Source: Holophagales bacterium | GTDB lineage: Bacteria; Acidobacteriota; Holophagae; Holophagales; Holophagaceae | Assembly (NCBI GenBank): GCA_038320645.1 | Contig: JBBQEL010000008.1 | Location: 14,437-78,436, forward strand | Length of the DNA stretch: 64,000 bases | Reading direction: 5' to 3' | Shown: one piece after another, positions 20,290-29,112 of the stretch | How the letters are laid out: each line of letters starts with the position of its first letter | Numbering within the stretch: position 1 is the first letter of the stretch | Notes under the pieces: model-generated | What the model was told of the DNA's origin: nothing | The model's database searches: none | What the model saw: the letters and a program-made list of their open reading frames with translations, nothing else | Made by a program: the position numbers and the translations under genes

Positions 20290-20844
20290 ATGGCCATCGT
20301 CATTATTGAATCCAGCAATCTCACCTCTGAGCAGAAAACCAGGATCGGGGATCGCATCATCACGACCCTTCAGCACGAAGGCATGTCCCCGGGTTCCGTG
20401 ATCGTGCTCTTCCAGCCCGAGCGGAGTGACATCTATCTCGATGGGATGCTCGTCCAGGCCCAGGTACCCGCCGTCACGCCCGCCCCCGCCGCCATCGCTC
20501 CCAAGGCACCCGTATCGGCACCCGCCCCCGAACCTGCCCCCGCCTTCAAGACCAAGGCGCGGCGGTCCAAGCCCGAACTCGAGGACCTCAAGAAGCAACT
20601 CATGCGAGCCCTGCAGGACAAGGGTTCCCTCAGCAGCTTCGAAGCCCAGGTCGCCCTGGAACTCAAGGAGTGCGACTGGGCCCCCGCGACGCTGCGGCGC
20701 TTGTTCACGGAGTTGGAGGAAGCCAAGCTGATCGTCAAGAACGGCCAGAAGCGCGGCACCCGCTACGTTTGGAAGGGCATCGTGAGCACCCCCCAGGTCG
20801 CCCCGCCGGTGAAGCTCGTGAAGGCTGAGAACGACGAAGGGTAG
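20290..20844 (+). CDS. Hypothetical: tautomerase-like N-domain, Pro/Ala linker, winged-helix C-domain
   Basis: MAIVIIESSNLTSEQKTRIGDRII...SVIVLF (4-OT-like pattern, no Pro1). ATLRRLFTELEEAKLIVKNGQKRGTRY is wHTH-like. GGAG RBS. Confidence 0.5.
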   Translation: MAIVIIESSNLTSEQKTRIGDRIITTLQHEGMSPGSVIVLFQPERSDIYLDGMLVQAQVPAVTPAPAAIAPKAPVSAPAPEPAPAFKTKARRSKPELEDLKKQLMRALQDKGSLSSFEAQVALELKECDWAPATLRRLFTELEEAKLIVKNGQKRGTRYVWKGIVSTPQVAPPVKLVKAENDEG

Positions 20845-20900
20845 TCCTTCTCCGGCCCTCTGCTTTCACTCAGGGATCGGCACTCTGCCACACTCGGCCC

Positions 20901-21617
20901 ATGGACTGGTTTGCCTGGGATTTTGATCACCCCGCCTATTTCGCCATCTACGCTGACAAGGTCGCCGATGCGGCCATCGAAGGCCCGGCCCTGGCGGCCC
21001 TGCTGAATCTTCCGCCCCGAAGCCGGGTGCTCGATCTGCCCTGCGGCTGGGGCCGGCTCCATCCCCATCTCCGCGCCCGGGGACTGGAGATCATCGGCGG
21101 AGATCTGAGCCCCCTCAACCTGGCGAGGCATCGCGCGGAGCATCCAGCACCCCTGGTCCGGCTGGATTTCCGGGCCCTGCCCTTTCCCGGGGCGAGTGCG
21201 GACGGCGTGTTCTGCGCCTACACGAGCTGGGGCTACTTCGCCACGGATGCGGAGAACCTGCGTCAGCTCCTGGAGTTCGCCCGGGTCCTACGCCCGGGTG
21301 GCGTGCTCCTGCTGGATCTCGCCGGCCGGACTTCCGTTCAGTCGGCGGCGGCGGCAGGTGGGGGAGAGTGGCAGGAATTCTCTGAAGAGGGATACCAGGA
21401 GCGAGCCCGGTGGAGCCCCGATGGACGCCGCATCCACACCGAGCGGCGCTGCCAGGGCGTGAGCTTCCGCCATGACATCTGGATCCCCACGGATGCCGAG
21501 ATCCGGGCGTTCCTCAGCACAGCCGGGTTCACGGCGACCCAGGCCTGGGGTGGGCTGGATGGCCGGCCTTGGGACGAGGCTGCCGATCGCTGGATCTACC
21601 GGGCCATCAGGAAGTGA
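20901..21617 (+). CDS. Class I SAM-dependent methyltransferase
   Basis: VLDLPCGWGR, GGDLS, LDFRALPF, RVLRPGGVLLLD. Confidence 0.88.
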   Translation: MDWFAWDFDHPAYFAIYADKVADAAIEGPALAALLNLPPRSRVLDLPCGWGRLHPHLRARGLEIIGGDLSPLNLARHRAEHPAPLVRLDFRALPFPGASADGVFCAYTSWGYFATDAENLRQLLEFARVLRPGGVLLLDLAGRTSVQSAAAAGGGEWQEFSEEGYQERARWSPDGRRIHTERRCQGVSFRHDIWIPTDAEIRAFLSTAGFTATQAWGGLDGRPWDEAADRWIYRAIRK

Positions 21618-22761
21618 ACCGCCGGGCCGCCAGCAGGTAGGCGCCGAAGCCCAGGCCACTCAGGCCCAGGGCCATGGGCAGCCCCAGCCCCTGCACCATC
21701 GCCCCGCCCACCAGCGGGCCGATCATCAAGCCCACGGAATACGCGAGGTTCAGGATGGAGAAGGCCGACGCAAAACTCTGACTGCCCAACTGCTCCACCT
21801 GGTCTGCCACCGCGGGACTGCAGGGGCTCATGATGAAGCTGGCCGTGCTGCCGAGTCCCATCATGGCGAGCACCACCATCCAGAGCTTCGGCAACAGGGC
21901 TGGCAAGGGCAGCAACAGCAGGGCCAGCACGAGGCCCATGCGCAGCACTTTCACCCGCCCAATGCGGTCGGACAGCCGCCCCATCAGCGGTGATGTGAAG
22001 GTGTGGGCCAAGGCCGAGGCCGCAAAGCATAACCCGATCCCGGATGGACCGAGGCCCAGCCGGTGATCCATGTCGAGGGGAAGGGTGGACTCGAGCAGGG
22101 CCCAGAGCCCGGAGCCCAGCGCCATGGCCCCGGCGAACAGCCGGATCACGGGATTGGCCAGCAATTGCCGGAAGGGCAGGCGCGGTCCCCGCTCCGGCTC
22201 GACCTCCGGCAACAGAAAGGCCCGGCCAGCCGCATCTAGGGTCACCAGCCCCGCCCCAAGCAGAAAGGGGGCCGAGGGCCCCAGGCTTTGATCGAGAAAA
22301 CCCGAAAGGGGTGGACCGATCAACACCCCGAGGTTCGCGGCGGCGAAGGCGGTACCCATGGCCCGCCCGCGGGATTCCGATGGGAAATGATCCGCCAGGA
22401 GCGCCATCCCCGGCAGCCAGGTGGCCGAGCCGGCGATGCCCTGGAGAAAGCGCGCCAGCACCAGCAGCCAGTACTGCTTGGAGACCGCGAACACCAGCGT
22501 GGTCGCCGCGAGGCCGGCCAGCCCCCAGAGCATGGGCGCGCGACGACCGTAGCGGTCCGTGATGATGGCCACAGGGAAAGTTGCCAACAGCAGCGCCACG
22601 GCATAGCTGCCGAAGAGGATGCTGACCTCCATCTGGTTGAGGTTCAGCTCCCGGGCGTACCGCGGCAGCAGGGGCACCAGCAGGTAGTAGAGGAGCATGT
22701 CCACATGGAAGGCGAGCGCCGTCACGAGCAAGGCGGCGGTCTGGGGAGAAGGGCGGCGCAT
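21607..22761 (-). CDS. MFS transporter
   Basis: About 12 TMs; ITDRYGRR and LSDRIGR loop motifs; ARFLQG. Confidence 0.92.
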   Translation of the reverse strand: MRRPSPQTAALLVTALAFHVDMLLYYLLVPLLPRYARELNLNQMEVSILFGSYAVALLLATFPVAIITDRYGRRAPMLWGLAGLAATTLVFAVSKQYWLLVLARFLQGIAGSATWLPGMALLADHFPSESRGRAMGTAFAAANLGVLIGPPLSGFLDQSLGPSAPFLLGAGLVTLDAAGRAFLLPEVEPERGPRLPFRQLLANPVIRLFAGAMALGSGLWALLESTLPLDMDHRLGLGPSGIGLCFAASALAHTFTSPLMGRLSDRIGRVKVLRMGLVLALLLLPLPALLPKLWMVVLAMMGLGSTASFIMSPCSPAVADQVEQLGSQSFASAFSILNLAYSVGLMIGPLVGGAMVQGLGLPMALGLSGLGFGAYLLAARRFTS

Positions 22762-22802
22762 GCTTCATGGAACCATGCGCCGCATCTTCCGACACCCGTC
22801 CT

Positions 22803-23561
22803 TCAGCCCCGGGCCAGTTCCACCTTCGGATAGGCGGCCCGGAACCCGCAGGCCTCGTAGGAGCGCTGGCTGGCAGTAGCCGGCGCCGTGGAGGCACAGG
22901 CCACATCACAACCCCGCTCCCTGGCGAAGGCGAGCCGGGCCTGGACCAATGCCTTCTGAAGGCCACGCCCCCGGAATCGGGGTGGTACACCATCACCCGA
23001 GAGTAGAGCCACGCCATCGACAATCCCCAGCATTCCGCCGCCCGCCGGCTCCCCCTCGACGAACGCCAGAAAACCCCAGGCATCCGCCATCTCCAGCGAG
23101 ACGCTGATGGGCGGATCCAGCTCGGACCAGTCATCCCGTTCCATGAAACCCGCACAGACGATCCGGTTGTACAGATCCGCATCACCGGGCCCCGCCACCC
23201 GGATTGGGTGGGCCGCAACCGCCCCATCAGCCTCCGTCAGGGACCGAAGCCACAGCTGCTGGAATTGGTGCAGGCGGTAGCCCCGTCGGGCGAGCAGGGA
23301 CCACAGGTCCGGATCGGCGCCGGGGCTCAGTTCCAACACCGTGGGCGCGCCAAGGAAGGCCTCGACAGCTTCCAACTCCGCCTCGGTGACTGGATCGATG
23401 AGACCCAGGGCCTGATTGAGTGGATGGGCCGCACCCCGGAAGTGGGCGAACCCGCCGCCCACGGGCAGGCTTCGACCTCCGGCGGCCTGGTTGAAGCGGT
23501 CGTTCTGAAGGGCCTGGGCGCGTTCGAGACGACGGGCCAGGGTCTGGATATCGCGTGACAT
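22803..23561 (-). CDS. GNAT-family N-acetyltransferase
   Basis: GVPPRFRGRGLQKALVQARL acetyl-CoA motif; SQRSYEACGF. ATG 23561 has a GGAG RBS. Confidence 0.85.
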   Translation of the reverse strand: MSRDIQTLARRLERAQALQNDRFNQAAGGRSLPVGGGFAHFRGAAHPLNQALGLIDPVTEAELEAVEAFLGAPTVLELSPGADPDLWSLLARRGYRLHQFQQLWLRSLTEADGAVAAHPIRVAGPGDADLYNRIVCAGFMERDDWSELDPPISVSLEMADAWGFLAFVEGEPAGGGMLGIVDGVALLSGDGVPPRFRGRGLQKALVQARLAFARERGCDVACASTAPATASQRSYEACGFRAAYPKVELARG

Positions 23562-23773
23562 GGTGACTCCGAATGGGGGATGGGCCTTCCACCTGGCCGA
23601 GGGCCAGGTGCCTTCAGCCGCGCATCCACCTGGACACACGACTCCCCGCGCCAAGTCCAGGCGTGCGGTGGCAACGATGGCAAGGGAAGGTCAGAGGCCT
23701 ACTCGGAGAATGGATCAAAGCCTAGCCTAGGACGGGTCCAGAGAAAAGAGCGCCTCCCCCAGGAGAACATAAG

Positions 23774-23797
23774 CACAGCCCTCTTGCGAGGGCTGTG
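23774..23797 (-). terminator. Hairpin immediately downstream of rnpB
   Basis: cacagccctc-ttgc-gagggctgtg, followed by a weak U-rich tract. Confidence 0.6.
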
Positions 23798-24155
23798 GTG
23801 GACCGGTAAGCCGGGTTCTGTCGTGGGACGTCATTCCTCTGGGATGGATGTCGCCACCCACCTCGTGCGACCTACCCGCCGGCTCGATCGGGTCAATCCT
23901 CGCCGCTTGCGCGGTGCGCCGGCTTATTTGGTCTTGCTCCCTGGGGGGTTTACCTTGCCCGTCCTGTTGCCAGCCCGGCGGTGGGCTCTTACCCCACCGT
24001 TTCACCCTTGCCTGTTCCGCTTGCGCGGTCATCGGCGGTCTCTTCTCTGTTGCACTTTCCGTCGGGTCGCCCCGCCCTGGTGTTACCAGGCCCAGTACCC
24101 TGCGGAGCCCGGACTTTCCTCTGCCCTTGCGGACAGCGACGCCCTGATCCACAGG
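23797..24155 (-). ncRNA. rnpB: RNase P RNA, bacterial type A
   Basis: Minus strand has GAGGAAAGTCCGGGCTC, GGAAAGTGCAACAGA, GGGTGAAACGGTGGGGTAAGAGCCCACC, GGTAAACCCC...GAGCAAGACCAAATA and ACAGAACCCGGCTTA. Ends are approximate. Confidence 0.97.
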
Positions 24156-24164
24156 TCCACGGTA

Positions 24165-24923
24165 TCACCTCAACGAGAACTTCAGCGTGAGACGGAAGGC
24201 TGCCGACACCGGGCGCCCGTCCAGACGGGCCGGCTCAAAGCGCCACTGGCGCGCGGCCTGCAAGGCGGCCTCATGAAAGACGGGGTGGCCTTCCAGGACC
24301 TGGACCTGGATCGGCTGGCCCCGCTCATCCACCGTCATCATCAGGACCACAGGCCCCTGGATTCGCGCGCTGCGGGCGAAGGCGGGATAGATGGGATCCA
24401 CGCGGTGGACCACGGCGAGTCCGACCATGGTGAAGTCATGGATCACTGGCCCGGCTCCGATCATCGGCGAAGCCGGCCCGGGGAGCGGGGTCCCGGAACC
24501 AGCGGGCGTGGCATACGCCCCTGGGAGGTCGCCGCTGCGATCCGCCGTCGGCAAAGTCGCCGCAGGCTGGTCCGAATCGGTGCGGGGCACCACCACGGCA
24601 TTGGCCGCCGGGTTCAGGGAACTTCCCCCGGTGTTTCCGGCCGGGGCCGAGGGACGCTCCAGGAGACGCGGCCGGATGGGCCCGTCAAATTCGAGAACCC
24701 GTTCGGGTTTCGTGGGCCGGACCGGCACCACGCCAGGTAAGGGCGCGAGGGCGGTGAACGCCAGCGCCCCGCCCACAAGCACGAAGTAGATCAGCCCGGA
24801 CCACCCGGCGTTCCGCAGGTGGTCCGGGCGCGGTGCGGAGGCCGCGATGGCGAACGGTTGAAGGGTGGGCGGCAGGTCGGCGAAGGCAGAGCCGGAGCCG
24901 CGCGGAAGCGCGAAGCTGGACAT
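24165..24923 (-). CDS. tonB: TonB-family energy transducer
   Basis: One TM, Pro-rich linker, TonB_C domain (PIYPAFARSARIQGPVVLMMTVDERG...AARQWRFEPARLDGRPV). Confidence 0.85.
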   Translation of the reverse strand: MSSFALPRGSGSAFADLPPTLQPFAIAASAPRPDHLRNAGWSGLIYFVLVGGALAFTALAPLPGVVPVRPTKPERVLEFDGPIRPRLLERPSAPAGNTGGSSLNPAANAVVVPRTDSDQPAATLPTADRSGDLPGAYATPAGSGTPLPGPASPMIGAGPVIHDFTMVGLAVVHRVDPIYPAFARSARIQGPVVLMMTVDERGQPIQVQVLEGHPVFHEAALQAARQWRFEPARLDGRPVSAAFRLTLKFSLR

Positions 24924-25126
24924 GGATTCTCCTGTGGGTGGCGCCTGTGGCCGCCTGCAAGACCGGCATCCACCCCGAGGTGGAGGCTGGCTGGTGGCGG
25001 TCCCGGGCCCTGGATCACACACCATCTGGGGGGGGTCCAAAGATCGCTTGGAACAGGTATCGGCGCGGCGACGCGTGTGTCAAGCCTGATCGAGTCAAAT
25101 AACTTCAGGGATATGTCACAGATATC

Positions 25127-27730
25127 TCATGCGGAGGGGATGGGCATCAGCCATCCCTCCCTCTGCAGATCCTCGAGGAGCGTCCAGGCCGCACGGTAGG
25201 GGTCGCCCGAGGTGCCACTCAGGACTTCCTCCCGCAGGCGGGCCTGATAGGGGACGAGGTCCGGATGGAAGCTGCCAGCCAGGCCCGCATCCTCCTGGAA
25301 CAGCCTCAAGAGCAGGGCTTCGGGGTGGGCGTGGCCCACGCCCACCGCGCAGAGAACAGCGCCGCCGAAGCCAGGGGTCGCCCCGGCCGCGAGGAGTCGT
25401 TCATGCAGCGCCTCCAACCCTGAGACATCCGCCCCCAGGCCCAGGCACCTCAGGGAGACGGGGACCGCCAGGGAGACGGGGACCGCCAGGGAGACGGGGG
25501 CCGCCAGGGACGCGCCGAGCGGATCGTCCTCCGCCAGCGGGCAGCGGGGCCGGTGGCCTTCGTAGGGAAGCCAGGGCAGGAGGCCTTCATGGTCAGGGTC
25601 ATCCCGCAGCCACTGGTGAAGCAACCGCAGGCAGGGGTTGTCCAGGCCGCCCATGGCCGGCCCCACCCAGAGGAGGCGTTGGGCCGGTGCGACCCTGGGT
25701 TCGGTCTCACGGATACCGAGTTCCCAGGCCCCCGCCTCCACGGGGAGTTCCAAGCCAAGCCCGGCCAGGAAGGCCGGGAAACATGGATAGGGAGAAGGCA
25801 ACCCGAGTTCCACACCATCGGCTGCGATGCGGAGGGACAGGCCCGGGAAGCAGGCTGGCAACGGGCTCCCCTTCAGGGTCTCCAGGAGCGCGAGCCGATG
25901 ACCTTCATTGCGCAGTCGTTCCTTGAGGGAAAGCTGCCAGACCCGCCCCGTGGCCTCGCAGGACCAGGACTCCAAGGCCGATGGTTCCGCCCGACCCAGC
26001 GCATCCTGGCCCATGAGCGACAACCACACCTCACCATTCGAATCCGTCCGTCCCGAGGGCAGCCTCACCGCTTCGCCATCGGACAACCGGACGCGTCTCT
26101 GGGCCCGGGCCCAGGCAACGTGTTGCCAGATGGACGCGGCCTCCTCACCGGGGGCAAACAGGCGACCAAGGCCTTCCGAGGTGATGTGGCGGTAGGCCTC
26201 GCTGCGCCGGATTTCCCGGTATCTGCAGAGAATGTCCCAGATTCCGTCGAGGTTCACCTGGCTGGTTCGCGCCAGGACATCCCCCACTTCCGACAACCGG
26301 CCGCCCGCCAGGAGAAGCCGCTGCCGCTCAGGAGCGATCTTGGTTTCCACGCCCCACTGCCGGCCATGGGCGGATTCGAGGGCCCTGGCACGCTCCCCGA
26401 CTTCGTGGAGGGAGAGTTCCGCCCGCTCGGAGGCCAGGCGGACCTGCTCCACCAGAGTGAGATGGGTCTCCAGGGCGCGTTCCAGGTCATGGCTCTGCTG
26501 ATCCAGTTGGCCAGCCGTGCGTAGCAGGCCATGGGTGCCGGAAAGCAGGCGTCCGGTCACCTCCTGCAGATCCCAGAGGCCTGCAGTCTCGCGCTCCAAA
26601 CCCTGCTGATGCTGGTCGAGGGTCCGTTCGAGTTCCGAGGCGCCTCCGGCCATCTGATCCGCCAGGGAACGTAACCGGCTGCCGATGGCATCCATTCCAG
26701 CGCTCCCGCCGCCCTGCTGGGCCAGGATCGAGGCATTCACGGCAAGCAGACCTGTCTGCTGGGCCAGATGATCTAGCCCCTTCAGGCTTCCCTGAGCGCT
26801 GCCGAGGGAGCGGAGACGGTTCTGGGCCTCCACCCGGAAGCTTTCGATCCGGCGGGCCAGGGCCTCGGTCTGATCGCGCACGCCGTCCGCCGACTGGCGG
26901 AATCGCTGAAGCCACTCCTGGCGGGTCTGGGTTTCCTCCACAAGCCTGGGGGTGTGCGCCACGAGGCCTTTCACGGCCAGGGACAAGCGCGCCCCCTGCC
27001 GGAGCCCCGCATCGGCCAGCCGGCCCAGGGCGTCCTCTTCCCTGCGCAAGCGGGGGAAGGTGTCCTGGAGTTCCTCCAGGAAGTTCTCGAACTGTTCCAG
27101 CCCGGCCTGCACCTGACCAAGGGAGGATCGGAAGGTCTGCCCCTGAAGCCGGTGCTGGTCCGCCCGCAGGCGGTGGTTCAGCTCGATCTGATCCAGGCGC
27201 ACGCCCTCTTCCATGGCAACCCTCAGTTCCCGCCCCAATCCCTCCAGGCGGGCCGCAGCCTGAAGGCTGGTTTCCCGTTCTGCGGCATGGCTGCGCTCGA
27301 CTGATTCGAGCAGAGCATCCAGCTCCCGCCAATCCCCGCCCAGCGCTTGCCGTAGCCGGGCCAATTCCTCCTGCCCCTTGCGGGCATCCAGGATGACCGT
27401 GTTCAGAGCGGCCGAAACCCTGAGATCGCCGGCCTGCATCCCCGGCATGGCCCGCAGCGGCTCTCGCTCACCCTGCAGGATCCGTCGGATCCAGTCCCCC
27501 AGCATTCCATCTTCCACCAGGCCCCGCTGCCACTCCCACCACCCTCGTCCCAGTCGCAGGAGACCGGCTCCCACCGTCATCAGGATGGCCCCCTCCAGGG
27601 GCTGGATCTGTCCGGCATGACGGAACAGCAGATAGGACATGAGGCCAAGGCTCGACAGCATGGCCAGATCCAACCCAAGCCCGGCCCCTGCCACCTGCTT
27701 CCAGAATGATTCGTTCCGTTCCTCGACCAT
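25127..27730 (-). CDS. Membrane protein: 2 TM, HAMP-like, degenerate MCP coiled coil, degenerate family-5 solute-binding-like domain
   Basis: LAQQTGLLAVNASILAQQGG resembles the MCP tip IAxQTNLLALNAAIEAARAG. ALESWSCEATGRVWQLSLK and VELGLPSPYPCFPAFLA resemble SBP_bac_5 segments. Confidence 0.55.
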   Translation of the reverse strand: MVEERNESFWKQVAGAGLGLDLAMLSSLGLMSYLLFRHAGQIQPLEGAILMTVGAGLLRLGRGWWEWQRGLVEDGMLGDWIRRILQGEREPLRAMPGMQAGDLRVSAALNTVILDARKGQEELARLRQALGGDWRELDALLESVERSHAAERETSLQAAARLEGLGRELRVAMEEGVRLDQIELNHRLRADQHRLQGQTFRSSLGQVQAGLEQFENFLEELQDTFPRLRREEDALGRLADAGLRQGARLSLAVKGLVAHTPRLVEETQTRQEWLQRFRQSADGVRDQTEALARRIESFRVEAQNRLRSLGSAQGSLKGLDHLAQQTGLLAVNASILAQQGGGSAGMDAIGSRLRSLADQMAGGASELERTLDQHQQGLERETAGLWDLQEVTGRLLSGTHGLLRTAGQLDQQSHDLERALETHLTLVEQVRLASERAELSLHEVGERARALESAHGRQWGVETKIAPERQRLLLAGGRLSEVGDVLARTSQVNLDGIWDILCRYREIRRSEAYRHITSEGLGRLFAPGEEAASIWQHVAWARAQRRVRLSDGEAVRLPSGRTDSNGEVWLSLMGQDALGRAEPSALESWSCEATGRVWQLSLKERLRNEGHRLALLETLKGSPLPACFPGLSLRIAADGVELGLPSPYPCFPAFLAGLGLELPVEAGAWELGIRETEPRVAPAQRLLWVGPAMGGLDNPCLRLLHQWLRDDPDHEGLLPWLPYEGHRPRCPLAEDDPLGASLAAPVSLAVPVSLAVPVSLRCLGLGADVSGLEALHERLLAAGATPGFGGAVLCAVGVGHAHPEALLLRLFQEDAGLAGSFHPDLVPYQARLREEVLSGTSGDPYRAAWTLLEDLQREGWLMPIPSA
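25451..25510. repeat. 18-bp tandem repeat x3.3 (cagggagacggggaccgc)
   Basis: Units at 25451, 25469 and 25487. Encodes LAAPVS-LAVPVS-LAVPVS-L in frame. Confidence 0.9.
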
Positions 27731-27790
27731 GGGACCCCATCGGCCGACCCGGACCGGGAGGCAAGAAATAGAAGTCCCGAATCACCTGGT

Positions 27791-28528
27791 TCAGACGGTC
27801 CGCCAGAGCACGTCGTAGCTGCGCAGCCCTCCGCCCAGTTCCTGCAGCAGCCGGGCGCGGAGGAGGGCCGTGATGGCCCATTGCGCCAAGTCCGCCGGGT
27901 CCCCCCTCGGGGCGACCTCCGCCCCCCCCGTCCGGAGGCGCCGGAGGTATTCCCGGCTACCCGGGGGCAGCGCCTCCCTGGGATCCACCGGCGTGCAGGC
28001 CGAACAGCACCAGCCGACGTCAGGGCTGAGCAGGACGAGTGGCGCCGCTTCATGGCCACACCGGCCACAGACCCGGGGGTGGGGCAGCAATCCCATGCAG
28101 TGCAGCAACCAGTGCTCGGCGTAGGCGAGGATCCCCAGGGCATTGTCCGGATCGGCCTTCAGGGCGCGCCCGCAGGCGCTGAGCAGGCGATAGAGCCGGT
28201 CGTCCTCCACACCCTCCCGGGCCACGCGGTCGAACAGGTCCGCCAGGCAGGCCATCACCAGGCTGGATTCCAGGTGCCCCAGTGTCAGGGGACTGAAGGC
28301 TAGCTCGCAGCGGGTGACCCGCTTCAAATCCGCCTGTTCCTTCCCGAAGAAGCTCACCCGCACCATGCTCATGGGCTCAAAGGCGGCCACCCACTTCGCC
28401 GTGGGCTTCTTCACGCCCCGGGCCACGCCGGCCAGCCGCTCCCCGTGCTCAGACAGGAAGGACACCACGGCCCCGCCCTCGGCGTAGGGCACAGCTTTCA
28501 GGACGATGGCCGCAAGGGTCCGAATCAC
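27791..28528 (-). CDS. recO: DNA repair protein RecO
   Basis: AIVLKAVPYAEGGAVVSFLSEHG...VARGVKK; zinc motif CGRC...CCSAC. GTG start has a GGAG RBS. Confidence 0.9.
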   Translation of the reverse strand: MIRTLAAIVLKAVPYAEGGAVVSFLSEHGERLAGVARGVKKPTAKWVAAFEPMSMVRVSFFGKEQADLKRVTRCELAFSPLTLGHLESSLVMACLADLFDRVAREGVEDDRLYRLLSACGRALKADPDNALGILAYAEHWLLHCMGLLPHPRVCGRCGHEAAPLVLLSPDVGWCCSACTPVDPREALPPGSREYLRRLRTGGAEVAPRGDPADLAQWAITALLRARLLQELGGGLRSYDVLWRTV

Positions 28529-28615
28529 CTCCCCAGTCTGCCCGCATTCAACCCAATCCCTGGGACGGGGTCTCACTGGATGAAGCCGGAGACTCACCCG
28601 GCTGAGGAGGCACCC

Positions 28616-29065
28616 ATGCCAGCCCTGTCCCGTATTCCTCTGTTCCTGGCCCTCCTGGCACTCCCCTTGACCGCCCAGGCTGCAGCTGGCCCTGGCACCC
28701 GGACCGAACGGATCGCCCAGAGCCTCCACCTGACCGACCCGCAGAAAGCCAGCATCCAGAGCATCCGCGCCAAACACCTGCCGGACCTGGCCCTTCGACG
28801 GGAGGCCGTCCAGCGGGCCCAGACCGGGCTGCGGGCCGCCCTGCGGGACGCGGCCACGCCCGAGGCCCAGCTCCGCGCCCTGTACGACAAGGCCGCCAGC
28901 GCCCGGTTTGAGTTGATGCTGGCCCGTCGCTCCGTCCGCCAGGACATCCAGGCCATCCTCACTCCCGAGCAGCGGACCCTGGCCGCCGAGTTCCGGGGTG
29001 CGGCTCAGGAGAGGTTGCGCGAGCGCAGACGGCAGCTGCGCCCGGCCACCGACATGGCGGGCTGA
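28616..29065 (+). CDS. Spy/CpxP-family periplasmic protein
   Basis: Signal peptide; LHLTDPQK and ILTPEQR (LTxxQ) motifs; GAGGAGG RBS. Confidence 0.85.
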   Translation: MPALSRIPLFLALLALPLTAQAAAGPGTRTERIAQSLHLTDPQKASIQSIRAKHLPDLALRREAVQRAQTGLRAALRDAATPEAQLRALYDKAASARFELMLARRSVRQDIQAILTPEQRTLAAEFRGAAQERLRERRRQLRPATDMAG

Positions 29066-29112
29066 GAGGGTGTAGCCCTCTGAGGCGCAACCAGCGCCGA
29101 TAGACTGGGGGG

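Noticed and set aside
23720-23790. Guanidine-I riboswitch-like words (CTAGG...GGTCCAGAGAAAA)
   Set aside because: GGGTTCCG and the P3 GGGACAAAAGCCC motifs are missing, and there is no downstream gene on that strand.
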